Below are positions 51,025 through 64,000 of a DNA stretch of 64,000 nucleotides, piece by piece. The position numbers and the translations under genes are program-made. The stretch is from assembly GCA_001938485.1 (NCBI GenBank), contig MQRK01217052.1, positions 1-64,000 of the forward strand, written 5' to 3'. The first letter of the stretch is position 1; the number at the start of each line of letters is the position of its first letter. The notes under the pieces are model-generated. The model had not been told where the DNA came from. It ran no database searches and saw only the letters and a program-made list of their open reading frames with translations. Source of the DNA: Girardia tigrina (Eukaryota).

Positions 51025-51779
51025 NNNNNNNNNNNNNNNNNNNNNNNNNNNNNNNNNNNNNNNNNNNNNNNNNNATATATATATATATATATAAAATTAT
51101 TAGATAATTAGAAAAAAAATCGATTCTCTACGATCATTGGGATTGATAAGGAATTAAAAGACATCCCAACGGAAAATATGGTGAATGATTTCAATGAAAT
51201 AGTCAAAGGAGTATGTGATGATAATATAATAGAACTTTTTGTAGATCACAATCTTGATCTTATGGATTATGTCAGTGGACGGTTCGGAAACAAAACAAAC
51301 TTCATTTGTCTGGCATATCACTTCAATGTGAATTCAAAAGATTTTTACACTCCTGAACTTAATCCATCCACAAGCAGTTAACAGTCCTCAAAACCATCAA
51401 AGTTAAGCAGCACTGCATGCTCGATGTGGACAACTTGCAAGAACAATCCATGCTTGTTCAATATTAACGACATCTAATTTATCTCGACCTTGTAATCGTG
51501 GAATTCCTGGTGATAACATGCAACTGTGCCATAACCATCAATGAAACACAATACATATTCTTATGTTTACTATATTTTTAGTACAAGTCTTCGTTTATTA
51601 TGATGATTTTTTTATCTGTCATAATTTGAATTCCTAAGCGTAACTTTTATCTAGAATCTAGAATTAGTTAATCAGTCGTTCATTTCGTGTAGCAATCGAG
51701 TATGTTTTGTTGAATGCATGAAAATATTATTTTTATGTATTTTGGAACGCCTATTTTATTGATTTATGCTATTCTAATA

Positions 51780-52270
51780 GAGCAGTTAAAAACGCTTTTC
51801 CCCGATCAAACTCTTAGTCCAAGACTACTTGGATTATATCACATTCCAAACACATAATGTGTCAATCATAGATCGAAATAATAGAGTTCTATCGTCAATC
51901 CAGTGTTTAAATATTCTGTATCAATCAAAGTCCACGGATTTTTGTCACATTGAGAAAATCAATAAATTGATTTCCACAACATTAGCTGTGACACATCCAA
52001 CCAGATCACTAATCATTTATCGGGTTTCCTGGATTAGCCGGAACTAGAGATTCGTTTTACGGTGCAACTTTCCAGACGAATTTTCATCAAACCACCGGCA
52101 CTGCAAGTTTCACCCGATGAATGTTTAGTAACAGTCTAAACATGTAATCAACATTTGTTCAACAAACTTCATGGTGACGATTTCAGTTGACGCATTTAAA
52201 TGGTACAGAAACATACTTATTGCTGGCTTGGAACTCAAGAAACTAATCTATTTATATCCATACCACCAAA
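51780..52270 (+). mobile_element. Degenerate dispersed repeat (copy 3 of 3)
   Basis: Reverse complement aligns with 14850-15050 and 24310-24500. Confidence 0.55.
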
Positions 52271-52892
52271 TGAATTGACATTTAGACTATCTAATTCTAC
52301 AACAACCTGATGTTTATTGTGCTAATAAATGTTCCTTATTACTTTGTATTTATTAATTTATTTTGTTTATGGAAAATATCCACTCGATTTCATTCTTCCT
52401 TACAATATATATGTGTGCGTTTTACGGCAAATATGTTTAAAGAGAAACATAAAATGTCTGCAAAGTTGATCAAAAATATTAAATACCGTACCCCTCTTTT
52501 GAAAAAAATGTTATAAAAGAATCTTAAAATAGTTATTTAACGGAATATAATTGGTTTCCCGATCTGTTTAATAATCTTTGCAAATCGAATTATTAATTCA
52601 GCAATTATTTAATAATTTTTACAATCAATTAATCTTTTTTTAATTTACTAATTATTTAAATTAATTTATGTAAAAAAAACTTAAAACCTTATTTCAAACA
52701 ATCATATTACATAAATAACAAAATAAAGATTTACAAAATCCCAAAGAAATAAAAGATTTTTTAAGAATATTTATTCAAGAGTTATTTCTCTATTGGAAAA
52801 AAATAGAAAACGCAGCATTTTTCGATAAAAGAATGAACAGTGTTCTTCATAACTCGAATTTACCCCTCATTTAGTTTCTAAGTTGTTGTTTA

Positions 52893-54215
52893 TATTAGGT
52901 TGGTCGAAAAATAATGGCGGTTTTTGAGCTTTATACTTTGTTTATCTACTTTGATATGTATATAAGTTTAAATGCATTAGTGTTAGATATTATTTGAAAT
53001 CTTANNNNNNNNNNNNNNNNNNNNNNNNNNNNNNNNNNNNNNNNNNNNNNNNNNGTATATTCCTATAGCCATTATTAACATATTGCTGTTATTTTTTAGA
53101 ATATTTACGGTGCTAAATTAATAATGGAAAAAAATTAAAATTCGAGCAATTTTCTTGTACGAATTTAAACTGGTTCGTAAAGCAGCAGAAACGGCTCTCA
53201 ATATCAATAAAGCGTTTGGCTAGGAAACAGCTTCTGAGCGCACAGTGCAACGATGGTTCCGAAAATTTTCTGATGGAGATGAAAACCTTGAAGATGAAGA
53301 AGGTCGTGGTCGTTCGGTTGCTGTGAACAACGACAATTTGAGGATAATGGTGGAAACAGATCCCCGTACAACAATCAGAGAACTTGCAGATGGGTTGGGC
53401 ATTAGTCATTCAACAGTCCTGGATCATTTAAAACAACTTATAAAAAACAAGAAACTTGATAAATGGGTTCCTCATGATTTGTATGAAAAAAAAGAACCGA
53501 CGCGATGAAATTTGTTCTGCCAATCATCTTCGCAATAAAAACGATCCATTTCATGATCGTATTATTACCTGTAATGAGAAATGGATCCTGTATGATAACC
53601 GACGTCGATCTGCACAGTGGTTGGACAAAGATGAACTACCGAAACACTTTCCAAAACCGAAACTAACACCCCGTAAGGTTATGGTGACAGTTTGGTGGTG
53701 TGATGCTAGAATCATCCACTATAGTTTCTTGAATTTAGGTGAAACAATCACAGTGGATAGGTACTGTCATAAAATTGATAAAATGCATAACAAATTGAAA
53801 ACCCTTTGTCCGGGATTGGTCAATCGAAAAAGTCCCATCCTTCTTCATGATAACACTCATATTTCAAAAGTGACTCTTCAAAAGCTTAATGAGTTGGGCT
53901 ATGAAACCCTGCTTCATCCACCATATTCACCAGATCTCTCGTCAACGGACTTCTACTTTTTCAAGCATTTGTATAACTTCCTACGTGAAAAAATTTTCAA
54001 AAACCAAAATGATGCTCAAAATGCCTTCCAAGAATTTGTCGCTTCGAGAACCGATGCATTTTATGCTGATGGAATAAAACAACTTGTTTCTCGTTGGCAA
54101 AAATGTATTGATGCCAACGGTTCATACTTTGATTAATAAACTTTTGTTTCTGTGAATTTGCACGTCTTTGAAGTTTGTGTCCCAAAACCGCGATTATTTT
54201 TCGACCAACCTAATA
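52893..54215 (+). mobile_element. Mariner (Hsmar1-like), second copy of the 15382 family, pseudogenised
   Basis: Same TIRs with TA; WVPHDL, HDN, HPPYSPDL, RWQKCIDANGSYFD. Frameshifts present, and the first catalytic D is changed to N (TCNEKW). Confidence 0.97.
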
Positions 54216-56194
54216 CAATGTTTGAATTAAGGAATTGGGAATTTGAGGATCAATATTTAATATTGTGTTCCATAATTTCCATATGTTCTATTAATCCCCT
54301 ATTATAATGATATTATAATATTGTAATTATAATATATATTGGATAACAAATACCTTCAATGCAAATCTTTAACACAAATCTTTAATGCATCTAAGCGATT
54401 CTTTAAATACTTCTCAGTTTTCTCAGTCCCAAATACATCATTTCATTATTTGATAATGTATATTTTATATTATAATGTATATTTTATATTATAATGTATC
54501 AGTGTTACCCAAACTGATCTCTCATACGTTTTAAATTTTAAAAAATCAAAAAATAATACATGAAAAATAGTAAATTTATTTTAGGACAATAATAACAACA
54601 ATTGAACGTGAAATTATATAATTATATTAAAATTATTCGACTGTGAAAGATTTTGTTTTGTTTTATTTTATTTTTTTTTAATTTAACAATAAAAGATACA
54701 TTATGATAAAGTTGAAACGTGATCAAAACTATATTAAAAATTACGTGTAAATATTCTAAAAAAGTAATAATAATTTTCTCGTAAAATAAATTATTGAAAA
54801 AATATTTCTAATTAAAAAATGTAAAAAGAAAATTTAAAAAATAAATTAAATTAAAATATGCAAAATATTTAATTAATTAGTAATATTTTTAATTTCTTTT
54901 ATGATGTATTTTTCATTTTTTTAATTTTTTTACTTTTATATTATTATTTTTTTATCATTTTATGATTATTTCTAACTTCTTACAAATATATATTTATTAA
55001 AAATCTTTAAAAATATTCTCGTTATCATATTTTTTTATTTTTGGAGAAAAATAATTATTTATTAACTTTCAAATAAAATAATTAATTTTTCAACATTATT
55101 TTATAAAAAATAATTTTACAGAAATGTCAAATTTTAGAATAACAATAATTTAAAATCAATTTATTAAAAAGGAAATTTAAATGGATTATATTTCTATTTT
55201 ATTAGACATATTCTTGATATTGTTCAGATTATTTCTACAATCTTTTGTTACACAAAATAAATCAAGAAAAGAAATTACTTTTATTTTTTTATAACTTTTT
55301 GTTTTCATGGCTTAACACTCTTTATAAAAAAAAGGAAGCAAATACGATTCAGTGATTAATTGTATCAAAGGTCAAAAAGTTTTTTATGTTTGTTTTCTCG
55401 AGCGGAAAGTCAATAATTTGAAACCGAACAGAAATTGTATATTTTTTCTGTTCTTGAGCTTACCAAACCGACTAAAACAGGAGCAAAACCCAAGGAAATT
55501 TAAAATACATCTTCAACTGGTGCAGTCTTTTTTCACAGTTTTAAAAAGTTTAATTTAAAAAAATTATTTGTGAGTAAAAATAGAATTTTGGATAAGTGCT
55601 CTCATACATCTTACTATTATTATTATTTTTTTTGCTAAGTCTTATTTTCTAGGAACGTAACTCAATATTGAAACATAATCTTAAATCTCTTAGACAAACA
55701 TTCCCTTCTAATTTTTACAAATCACAGATGCAGTCGTTCGTAAATCTTATCGTAGAAATTATATATTCAAAAGAAATAAGATTTGTGTTTTGTATACTTT
55801 TTGACTTTAACTAAAAATTAAATTTTGAAATTAAGAATTTTTCTGTGTTTACCATTAGTAGTTTTATTCTTTGGTTGTTTAATGATTTTACTGCAATGAA
55901 AAAACTCTTTTCTGCAATGAAAAAAACTCTTTTGGTGGGAATACCTTGTAGATGAACGTTAAATCATTTCTGTCATTTCACTTGTATAAAAAAATGTGTT
56001 TGAATGGTGATATTTTTGTGTATTATTATTATTGTTTATTTTTATTGATTTGCGTTATTTAATGTACGAGGGAAAGGAAAATGAAAATGAAAGAAAATAA
56101 AGTGAAAGAAAATTATATTTATTTCCCTACCACAATAATATATTTATTACATTAATAATAATTAAAAAAATTATAAAAACATCAATAATAACAT

Positions 56195-57200
56195 AAATAA
56201 AATATTGTGCAGTAATTTAAAAAATTATTGGGAAAGAGTTACTTGTGAGGCATTATTGATTAAATCACTTAATCCGTCCATTAATGTTCAAACAAGTCTC
56301 TCTTCCAATTTGTTGAAAATATTTAATTAGTTATTACGCAAGATGTTTGCATAATCATCAATTTGCTATAGATGAGACAGCGAAGTTGTTGTTAATTCAG
56401 CCTGAAGATGGTGGAAAATCCACCGAAATATATTGCAATAAAATTTGAGTTTAATGACGTTCTTAATAATAATAACATTGTTATAAAAATTATAAATTCT
56501 TGTGAGACGTCTGAAGTTTTTTTTATACATTGCATTATCGCCAAAATCCAATTCCAGCATCCTATATCATCATAGGATTTTTACACGAAAAATTTACTCA
56601 AATAACTAATTCTTCACAGACAATATATGGAAATTTCTTTATTGCATGTATTCAAACAAGAACTAAGTGAACTGTTTAATTTAATATTGTGATTTGAATC
56701 ATTAAAGTAATATTTATTTTGGTTATTTCTTCATTACGGACTATACTCTCATTCAATTGCAGTTCTTCTTTTACCTTCTTCTGTTCAGAGTTTTATTAAC
56801 TAAGATAATTGTAAAAGTACAATAAATCTATGTAATCGTTTGCACGGCAATCTGTTCAATTAAAAAATAAGCAAGAATATTGTGTGTTTAAAAGCATTTT
56901 ATCGTTTGCATTATTGAAAAAAATTTTAATTTTTAATAATTTATAACTTTTATACAGTCCTTGAATTACCATTTAATGTCACGGGGTTAAATCGAAGAAT
57001 TGACGTTTATCATGATAAAAAGTTATCTTCATGTATTCTTCGTGGCTTTATTAATTAGAAAAATGATTGAGCTCTTCAAAGGAACAAATGTTGAATTTAA
57101 ACGAATGGTAGATTTTGAATGAGTGAATTTAGAAGTAAAATTAATTTTTTAACTAAATGAAGCCGATATTTGATTACTTAAAATGATCAATTAATTACTG
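56195..57200 (+). mobile_element. Penelope-like remnant: GIY-YIG tail, pseudo-LTR, probable decayed ORF start
   Basis: KILCSNLKNYWERVTCEALLIKSLNPSINVQTSLSSNLLKIFN*, then a hammerhead; the 3' boundary is approximate. Confidence 0.75.
56400..56436 (+). ncRNA. Minimal type I hammerhead ribozyme (intact core, 2-bp stem I)
   Basis: GC-CTGAAGA-T-GGTGG-AAAAT-CCACC-GAAA-TATA-TT-GC. Confidence 0.82.
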
Positions 57201-57274
57201 GTGAAAAATTTAAGTCTTATTTTAATATATTATCGAAACCTGTTCTTTATATTTTTTCTGACTGCTCTTTAGAC

Positions 57275-57605
57275 CAGTGTTTCTCAACCGGTGTGTCGCG
57301 ATTAGATCGGCAGTGTGTCGCGATGAATTGGTGTGTCGCAGGTGTGTTGCGAAAATAAATCTAAACACGGTTAGGGTTATGGTTATTTTAAAAAAATACA
57401 TTTTTTATAAAAATTACATTGAGCATTTAGAATGTTAATTTTATTTGTTTCAAAAAATTCGCAACATGATATAAATAAATCAATTTCATAAGTATAAAAA
57501 TTTGTTATTATTTCGATAAAGAAATACCTTTTCATTTGTGGTGTGTCGCGAAAATTTAACGGTCATTTAAGTGTGTCACTAACTCAAAAACGTTGAGAAA
57601 CACTG
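57275..57605. mobile_element. hAT (Charlie/Buster-type) MITE
   Basis: TIR CAGTGTTTCTCAAC / GTTGAGAAACACTG; perfect 8-bp TSD CTTTAGAC; GTGTGTCGCG subterminal repeats. Confidence 0.96.
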
Positions 57606-57684
57606 CTTTAGACAATCGATATTCGTTGCTCTTACCAGTGCTCTTTGATGTTTTCGTTCATTATTTGTGGCCCTAATTGTCAAG

Positions 57685-57729
<45 letters not shown>

Positions 57730-57779
57730 NNNNNNNNNNNNNNNNNNNNNNNNNNNNNNNNNNNNNNNNNNNNNNNNNN

Positions 57780-57825
<46 letters not shown>

Positions 57826-57827
<2 letters not shown>

Positions 57828-58068
57828 AATAATTTTGTTAAACCTTTTTTAAAAAAATTACTTACATGTTTCGGAATTCATTTTCCATCATCAAAAATTA
57901 TGGTATAATGTGTAAGATAATTAATTTTAAAAATAATATTTACTGATAAAATCTCCCATTAATAAACATTTATTATCTTACATATTGAAATTGCAGACGA
58001 TTGAAAAAGAATTCCGAAACATGTGCAATAAACAATTTTTTAAAAAAGGCTTTAACAAAATTTCTTTT
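57826..58068. repeat. Inverted repeat with ~60-bp arms (foldback/MITE-like)
   Basis: ATTTTGTTAAACCTTTTTTAAAAAA..ACATGTTTCGGAATTC versus GAATTCCGAAACATGT..TTTTTTAAAAAAGGCTTTAACAAAAT. Confidence 0.8.
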
Positions 58069-60415
58069 TTAAAAATATGAAATTAGCGTTCACAAGAGTC
58101 AATAATATTATAAATTAAATTGAAGAAGTATTTTTGTGATCTTCTTAATGCCGATCTAAAAGAAACAAATTTTCTTGATTGACAATTGTCACGATTTATC
58201 TTTTTGATTGTAGAAAATTTGACAGAAACATATGCCTTAAAATATGAACTAAACAATAGGGATTGTCATGATCTTTGAAATAATGAAAGCATGGATCATG
58301 CACCACAAATATCTAAGTCATTATGGCTTTTCTATATAGTAACATAGGGGCTACCCAAACAAAATGAGATGAAATTTTGGGGTACACAATAATTTTATGA
58401 ATATTCTTGACTTAACAAAATGTTTTCATTGAGAATCAGTTTTAAATGAACAAGAATAATAATTATAATATTTAAAAAATGAATACAATAAAAATGTATT
58501 TGAAAAAATATGGTATAATAATATATAAAGAAACGATAAATAGAAATGGATTTTTTATTTTATTTTATTATTATTTATATTAAAAATCGTTTCAAATTAG
58601 TAAAATAATCATTCTGTCTTTTTAAAATTAAATAAACAAAATAAAACGTTCAAAGATTTTTATTTCAATTAAAAAATTAAATCAATTTTATTTAGTTTTC
58701 AATTAAATATTTTTCCGAAACTAAAATTATGTAAAAAATTAATTCATCAACTAAAATTAATAATATTATGATTTTATTAATTATCAATAAATGATTCATT
58801 TGCATCACTGATATTTTGATTTTACAATTATTACAGGCATTATTTTGTGAAATGAAAATATATAAATTTATCAATTTAAATGTCAAAAATATAATAAAAC
58901 ATGAATAATAAAATTTTTAATTTATCAAATAAAATGAATTATTTATTTTCGAAATTATATTTTCTTTCACAGTTTATTAGAAATTTCTAATTTTTTTCGA
59001 AAACATATTTTAAAACAATTAATAAGTAAAACGTTTTTCAAGTAATTATTTTTAATTAATCCTTTGTAATAAAAAATAAGATTTAATTAAACAAAATTCT
59101 GACTAGTTAAAATTCAGCCGAAATATATTTAATAATAACTTTTTTATAAAATTTTTGCCGCTTTAATATTTTATTTTGTATCATTACATTTTTAAAAATT
59201 CAAAAAATTAAATAAAATCTGAAAAAAATATTCAAAATTATTATAAATTATTAATAAAAAATTTATAAAAATAAAAATTATGCTTTTCTTATAAAAATTG
59301 TCTAACAAAAAAATGATACTTTTTCTTTTATACTTTTCTTTTGTAAAAGAAAAAGATCAATTAATTAATTATATCTCTCTTTCCAAAGAAATGTATTTAG
59401 AAATCGTATACGAATATAAACGTATTGGGTGTGGATAGACCTTTCTGAGTAACCATTGTACTTATGTCAAATAATATAAAAAGGTTAAAAACAGTGTTAG
59501 GATGAGAGTGTAAAACTATTGAGTAGATGGAGTGTAAACATTAAGATTGAATTGAAGTAGTTTCAAAAAAAGGAATGATAAGTATTAGTGAAACTAATAA
59601 CGGAAGGAATAATAAAAAGATATTTAGATCACAGAAAGAGAAGAAATCATTTAAAGAGAAGGTCTTGAATACAACTAACAGTGTCAAAAATTTACTTTAT
59701 ATCCGATGAAATGTATATGAATGTCTTGAATGTATCAGAGCACGAAGTATATTTAATTGAAGATTTGTAATTGTCTTGATAATGTAGAATCAAATGAAGC
59801 GTGAGTTCTGGCGATTTGAATTAATGGGATTAATCGAATTATAATGAGATTCTTTATTTTAAATGGAAGGCAATCGTTGCCGTAGTGTTTGATTGTCTTC
59901 ATAAAAATGATTCTGGAGAAATTATTAAAGTATATACTAATTAGATTGATATATACGATTTACAGTATAAATAATGTATTAGATGTCCATGTTGTCGAGT
60001 AAGTTGGGTTTTAATTTTTATATTAATTTTAATGATTTTGTTAAATTTTTATAATCGCTTAAAATATTTAAATTATTTATTATATTTTATTATATCGGTC
60101 ATCCTACAAGAAGTAACTGCTAAATGTATGGTTCTCTAGTTGGGACTCGTCAACATATGTATATACATATAATATAAATAAATGTAAATATAATTAAGAC
60201 TAATATAAATATGAATATGGATATAAATATGGTTGAAAAAATATTTATATGAAAATAACCAGGTAAACCATTGTCATTAAACAGGATAATGTATTGTAAT
60301 TTCTTTTACAAAGATTTAGCTAAACCTAAAAAATGTAAAGTATTTATTGGTAAGGTTATAAGTTTTATAACAGTCAGAGAGAGTGAGTTTCATTATTTAT
60401 ATGTTCAAGTAGTCC

Positions 60416-60837
60416 CAGCGGCGTAGCCAGGATTGCAGAGGGGGGTGGAAGAAAATTCCTGAAAGATCTAGCAATCTTAAATATAATTGGGGTGGCTAAT
60501 TATGTTTTATTTTTTTCAGGGGTGGGGGTGTCTCCCGATTTTAACCCTCTAAACTTAAACGGTCCTTAAGCTCCTTAAACGTTCCTCGGACCTCCTTTTT
60601 CTCCCCGATTAAAATCCAATCAAGAGTTTCTATATTAATCTTTGTTTTCAGCCTCGCCAGTAGGACCGAAAACGTGGATTAAAATGGGAACGTCCAATTG
60701 TATTTTAATTGGGGGAACAACGAGAGGTCCCGTTCCTCTAAGTTTTGTTTTTCGTAATAATTTTTTTAAACAATTTTTAGGGCATTTTATCAGGGGGGTG
60801 AAAATCCACCCAATCATCCCCCCTGGCTACGCGCCTG
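60416..60837. mobile_element. hAT (Tip100-like) non-autonomous element
   Basis: TIR CAGCGGCGTAGCCAGG / CCTGGCTACGCGCCTG; perfect 8-bp TSD AGTAGTCC. Confidence 0.93.
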
Positions 60838-61628
60838 AGTAGTCCTAATTGTACTATAATTTGACGTTTGTACTAACTAAACACAATCGACTATCCAATT
60901 ACTTTTTAAATTATTATTTTTCTTTAAAAAGTTTTAGATAAAAATGTATATGCTTAAAATTTAAAAAAAAATACTTATTTTATTAAAATTAGTTAATGCG
61001 AAAAAAATATTTATAAAAAACGAATAAAATAAAAAATCTAATTTTCATCAATAAATCTTTGAGAAACGAAAGATTTTCATATGATTCTACTTGTTAAAAC
61101 AAATTAATTTTTTTCTGAATGTAAAAAAAAGAACATATGTTTTTTTCTATCTTCACTTATTAGAAAATTTAATAATAAACTTAATTTTTTTAATATTTTA
61201 TATGTTGTTAAGCAGGATATCCTTTATCTATTGTTTTCTGAAGCTCCATTCAATCATTTTATTCACAGTTTTGTTGTATATCAGTAATAAAATTTTTCAT
61301 TTCGTTGGGGTCCTAATATCATGGCATAATTGACAATTAATAAACGCAGTAATTTTGGATTTTTTGTCCATATAATCTCTATTTCAATGTTGACTCGCAA
61401 TTTTTATGTGATTTTTTAGTTAAAATTTTATAACATCTTTCTTACAAATTTGGTTTTCTACTTTTTGAGGTTTTATAAAAATAAGTCTTCTCTATATATT
61501 TTATTCAGTCTTATCGAAGCTTATTTCATAAATATTATTTTTCAATAAATAAATATATAGAGAGTCTTGAAAGGTAATTTGATATTTTTGAAAAATAATT
61601 TCGTTGAAACCTTTATAGGAAATTGATT

Positions 61629-61670
61629 ATTGTACATATTTTGGAAATTTTTTTTTCTATCATCAAGAAT
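61629..61670 (-). ncRNA. Heavily decayed hammerhead relic in a pseudo-LTR of the 63270 Penelope family
   Basis: ATTC-TTGATGA-T-AGAAA-(A)n-TTTCC-AAAA-TATG-TA-CAAT; upstream 61730-61790 matches the sequence after the PLE stop at 63575-63625. Confidence 0.4.
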
Positions 61671-61849
61671 TATATTTGTTAGTCACTTTTTCATAAAGTT
61701 ATTTTAAAAGGAAAAAATTTTTTATTCAATTTAAGATATTATTGGATAATAATGTCAAAATGTAGTAAAAATTTTAGTTAAATATTTTTAAAGTATATTT
61801 TTTTGCCTTACAAAAGATGTGCTATGCAAAGCTATAAGTATACTCAGGC

Positions 61850-62800
61850 GGACACAGAAAGAAGGTCGATATAAGAATCAGATATTTGTATATGATAGTG
61901 TCCCACGTGAAGATTTGGCTTGACCGACAAGATTCATTGTCTGATCAAGGAATTCCATGAGATTTATTGCCTCTGTGGGTGATTGTGTCTTTCTCATGGA
62001 AAGATGTTTCAAGTAGGGATGTGTGATGGGACTTTGTCTTTTTAAATTGGTCTTCGATGAATTTATAAAACGCCGATACTGAAGGAATTCGAGGGAAGAA
62101 TTACCCTGATTGACAAGCATGGCGACAAAATTCAAGTCAATAGAAGTCAATAAAATCTATGCGGATGATTTATGTATCATAGACTCTGGTATTGATTGAG
62201 CCTGTAAAAACTTGGATAAACTTAGAAACACATTTTCAGAATTCTGTTTCACTATTAGTGCCTCTAAAACTAATGACTCGAGAACTAGAATGTGACTAGG
62301 ACAAGTGATGTGCGGTGGTTTCGTTGAGGAATAAGGAAGTTACGAGAACTGCAATCTGCGATTCAAAGTAACTGAGTTCTTAAAGCACTGAAAAGAAAAC
62401 TAATCGAATTAAATATTTTTCCGACAGTTTATGATGGAAGTTGGTGCTGGGCAACATCTGACAAAAGGTAGCCCGGCTTCAAGCTTTTCATAATAACTGC
62501 ACTCTTGGTTAAACTAAACGTGGCAGAATACGAAATACGGATATGTCAATTGGTTTGACAGAGGCAAGTGTAGTACTAATTAAACACCGAATTGTATTCT
62601 TTGAGTACAATAGTCGGAAAAGTGTGCGTGAGGTAAAAAGAGTATTGAACTCTAAAATTGCCTCAGAAAATAGATAAGTCAGCAACTGTAAAAAGCCGTT
62701 GATGAAAGAGAATATTGCCCGCAATATGCTGTGATTATATGGTGACGAAGAAAATCTCATCGAACACTAGGAATGCTTGAATGAGAGAGAAATTATCGAC
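61850..62800 (+). pseudogene. Non-LTR retrotransposon reverse transcriptase relic
   Basis: YDSVPR, (Q)GCVMG.CLF and KIYADDLCII motifs in the expected order, with stops and frameshifts. Confidence 0.85.
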
Positions 62801-63199
62801 ACTGATTTCGATTGTATTGAGTTTTGCGAATTTAAAAACGAACTATTATTATCAAACGTTTATGTACGTGTGATGAGTTGTGTCGAGCGAATTGCGATTT
62901 CTATTTAAAAATATTTTTTATTAAAACGGTTTCTAAATTCATTTGACTTGAATTGTTCGTGAACCGAATTTTAATTTATACTTAAAAAGAATAAAATACA
63001 TCTTGTATTCTGATTTTATATTGAGAAAATGAATTATATTTGGTTGTAAATTCTGAAAGATTATCTGTCTGAACAATATAATTAAACAATGGACTTTATA
63101 ACCGAACTTCTATCTCTCGAACCACTGCCTGCTCCTGCTATCACCGAAAGATCCTCTGGGTAACTCAGGAATCGGCTGGGACAGATATTATTGAATAAT

Positions 63200-63586
63200 T
63201 TTAATAAATTGTTTTTAAAATTTATTTTAAAAATTATAAATTTTAATCGAAAACAATCTGTGAATTGCAAGCTAATCTGGTTGATAAATTGAATTGTCAC
63301 GGATGTAATAACTATTACATTGGTGAAACAAATCGTCATCTCAAAATCCAGTTTATTGAGCATTCTTAATCGACTCGATCGAGTAAGAATTTTTATCATT
63401 GGTTACATTGTAAAAATAGAATCTCTTCTGTTTCCAGGGTTGTGTTTTTTTGTTTTACAGAAGGGCTTTGATTCATAATATGATGAGCAGGTTTGTTTAT
63501 CATTATTGATAAGACACTTCAACCCGTTCATAAACATTCAAGATGAACAAAGTAAAGTTGTATCAAATTTTAAAATCTTTAAATAA
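63200..63586 (+). mobile_element. Penelope-like GIY-YIG endonuclease relic
   Basis: NCHGCNNYYIGETNRHLKIQFIEH ... LLIRHFNPFINIQ...FKIFK*. Confidence 0.88.
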
Positions 63587-63720
63587 AATATTTTAAATAT
63601 TTTGTCATTATTATCCAATAATATATTATATAAATAATGATTATTTATTTAATATAAGATATTATTGGACAATAATGACAAAAGGTTTAAGACATTTTTA
63701 TTAAAGATTTTAAGATTATT
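63565..63720. repeat. Inverted duplication of the Penelope 3' end
   Basis: AAATCTTTAA...TTTTGTCATTATTATCCAATAAT versus ATTATTGGACAATAATGACAAAA...TTAAAGATTTT. Confidence 0.8.
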
Positions 63721-64000
63721 TAATAATCTTATTCTTTTTAGAGCAACTTTAAAAAAGTAACATTAAAAAAGTTACTAACAAAAATTATTATTTGAGTTTC
63801 TCTAGAATAACAGAGTGCGGTTCTTTTAATCAAAAATAAATGTTTGTTATGTTTTATGTATTTTCTCCGCAAACATATAAAGAAGTCCAAAAGACGATAA
63901 GCAAATTATTTAATTTAAAAGACATGAATTTTTTATCAAGAATAAAAATTTTTACTTCACAAGAAAAAAAAGGAAGACGATCTGTATAGTAATTATTTAC

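Noticed and set aside
57349-57385. GGTTAGGGTTATGGTT as a telomeric repeat
   Set aside because: Only about two units, inside a hAT MITE.
61508-61520. GTCTTATCGAA resembling part of a planarian spliced leader
   Set aside because: Only ~11 nt match from memory; no ATG|GT junction or Sm site follows.

Overview
Very AT-rich eukaryotic (non-prokaryotic) DNA, essentially a transposon graveyard. I found no intact host gene, no CRISPR array and no rRNA. The TE spectrum and (TA)n tracts would fit a triclad planarian, but that is inference only. DNA transposons: a pogo-type element split by a Tc1, four mariner copies, and hAT elements and MITEs with verifiable TSDs. Retroelements: Gypsy-type gag and integrase remnants, about 10 LTRs of one family (TGTGAGGAAT...GTTCTTAA[C/T]A, 5-bp TSDs), non-LTR RT and RTE fragments, and several Penelope-like (GIY-YIG) remnants. 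The most notable non-coding signal is a set of minimal type I hammerhead ribozymes in the Penelope pseudo-LTRs: two with intact cores (28727-28769, 56400-56436) and four decayed. Also notable are a bipartite tRNA-complementary PBS, an in-frame gag ATG formed at an LTR/PBS junction, and probable decayed exons of a C-type lectin-like gene. All calls were made by eye, with no searches or folding run.
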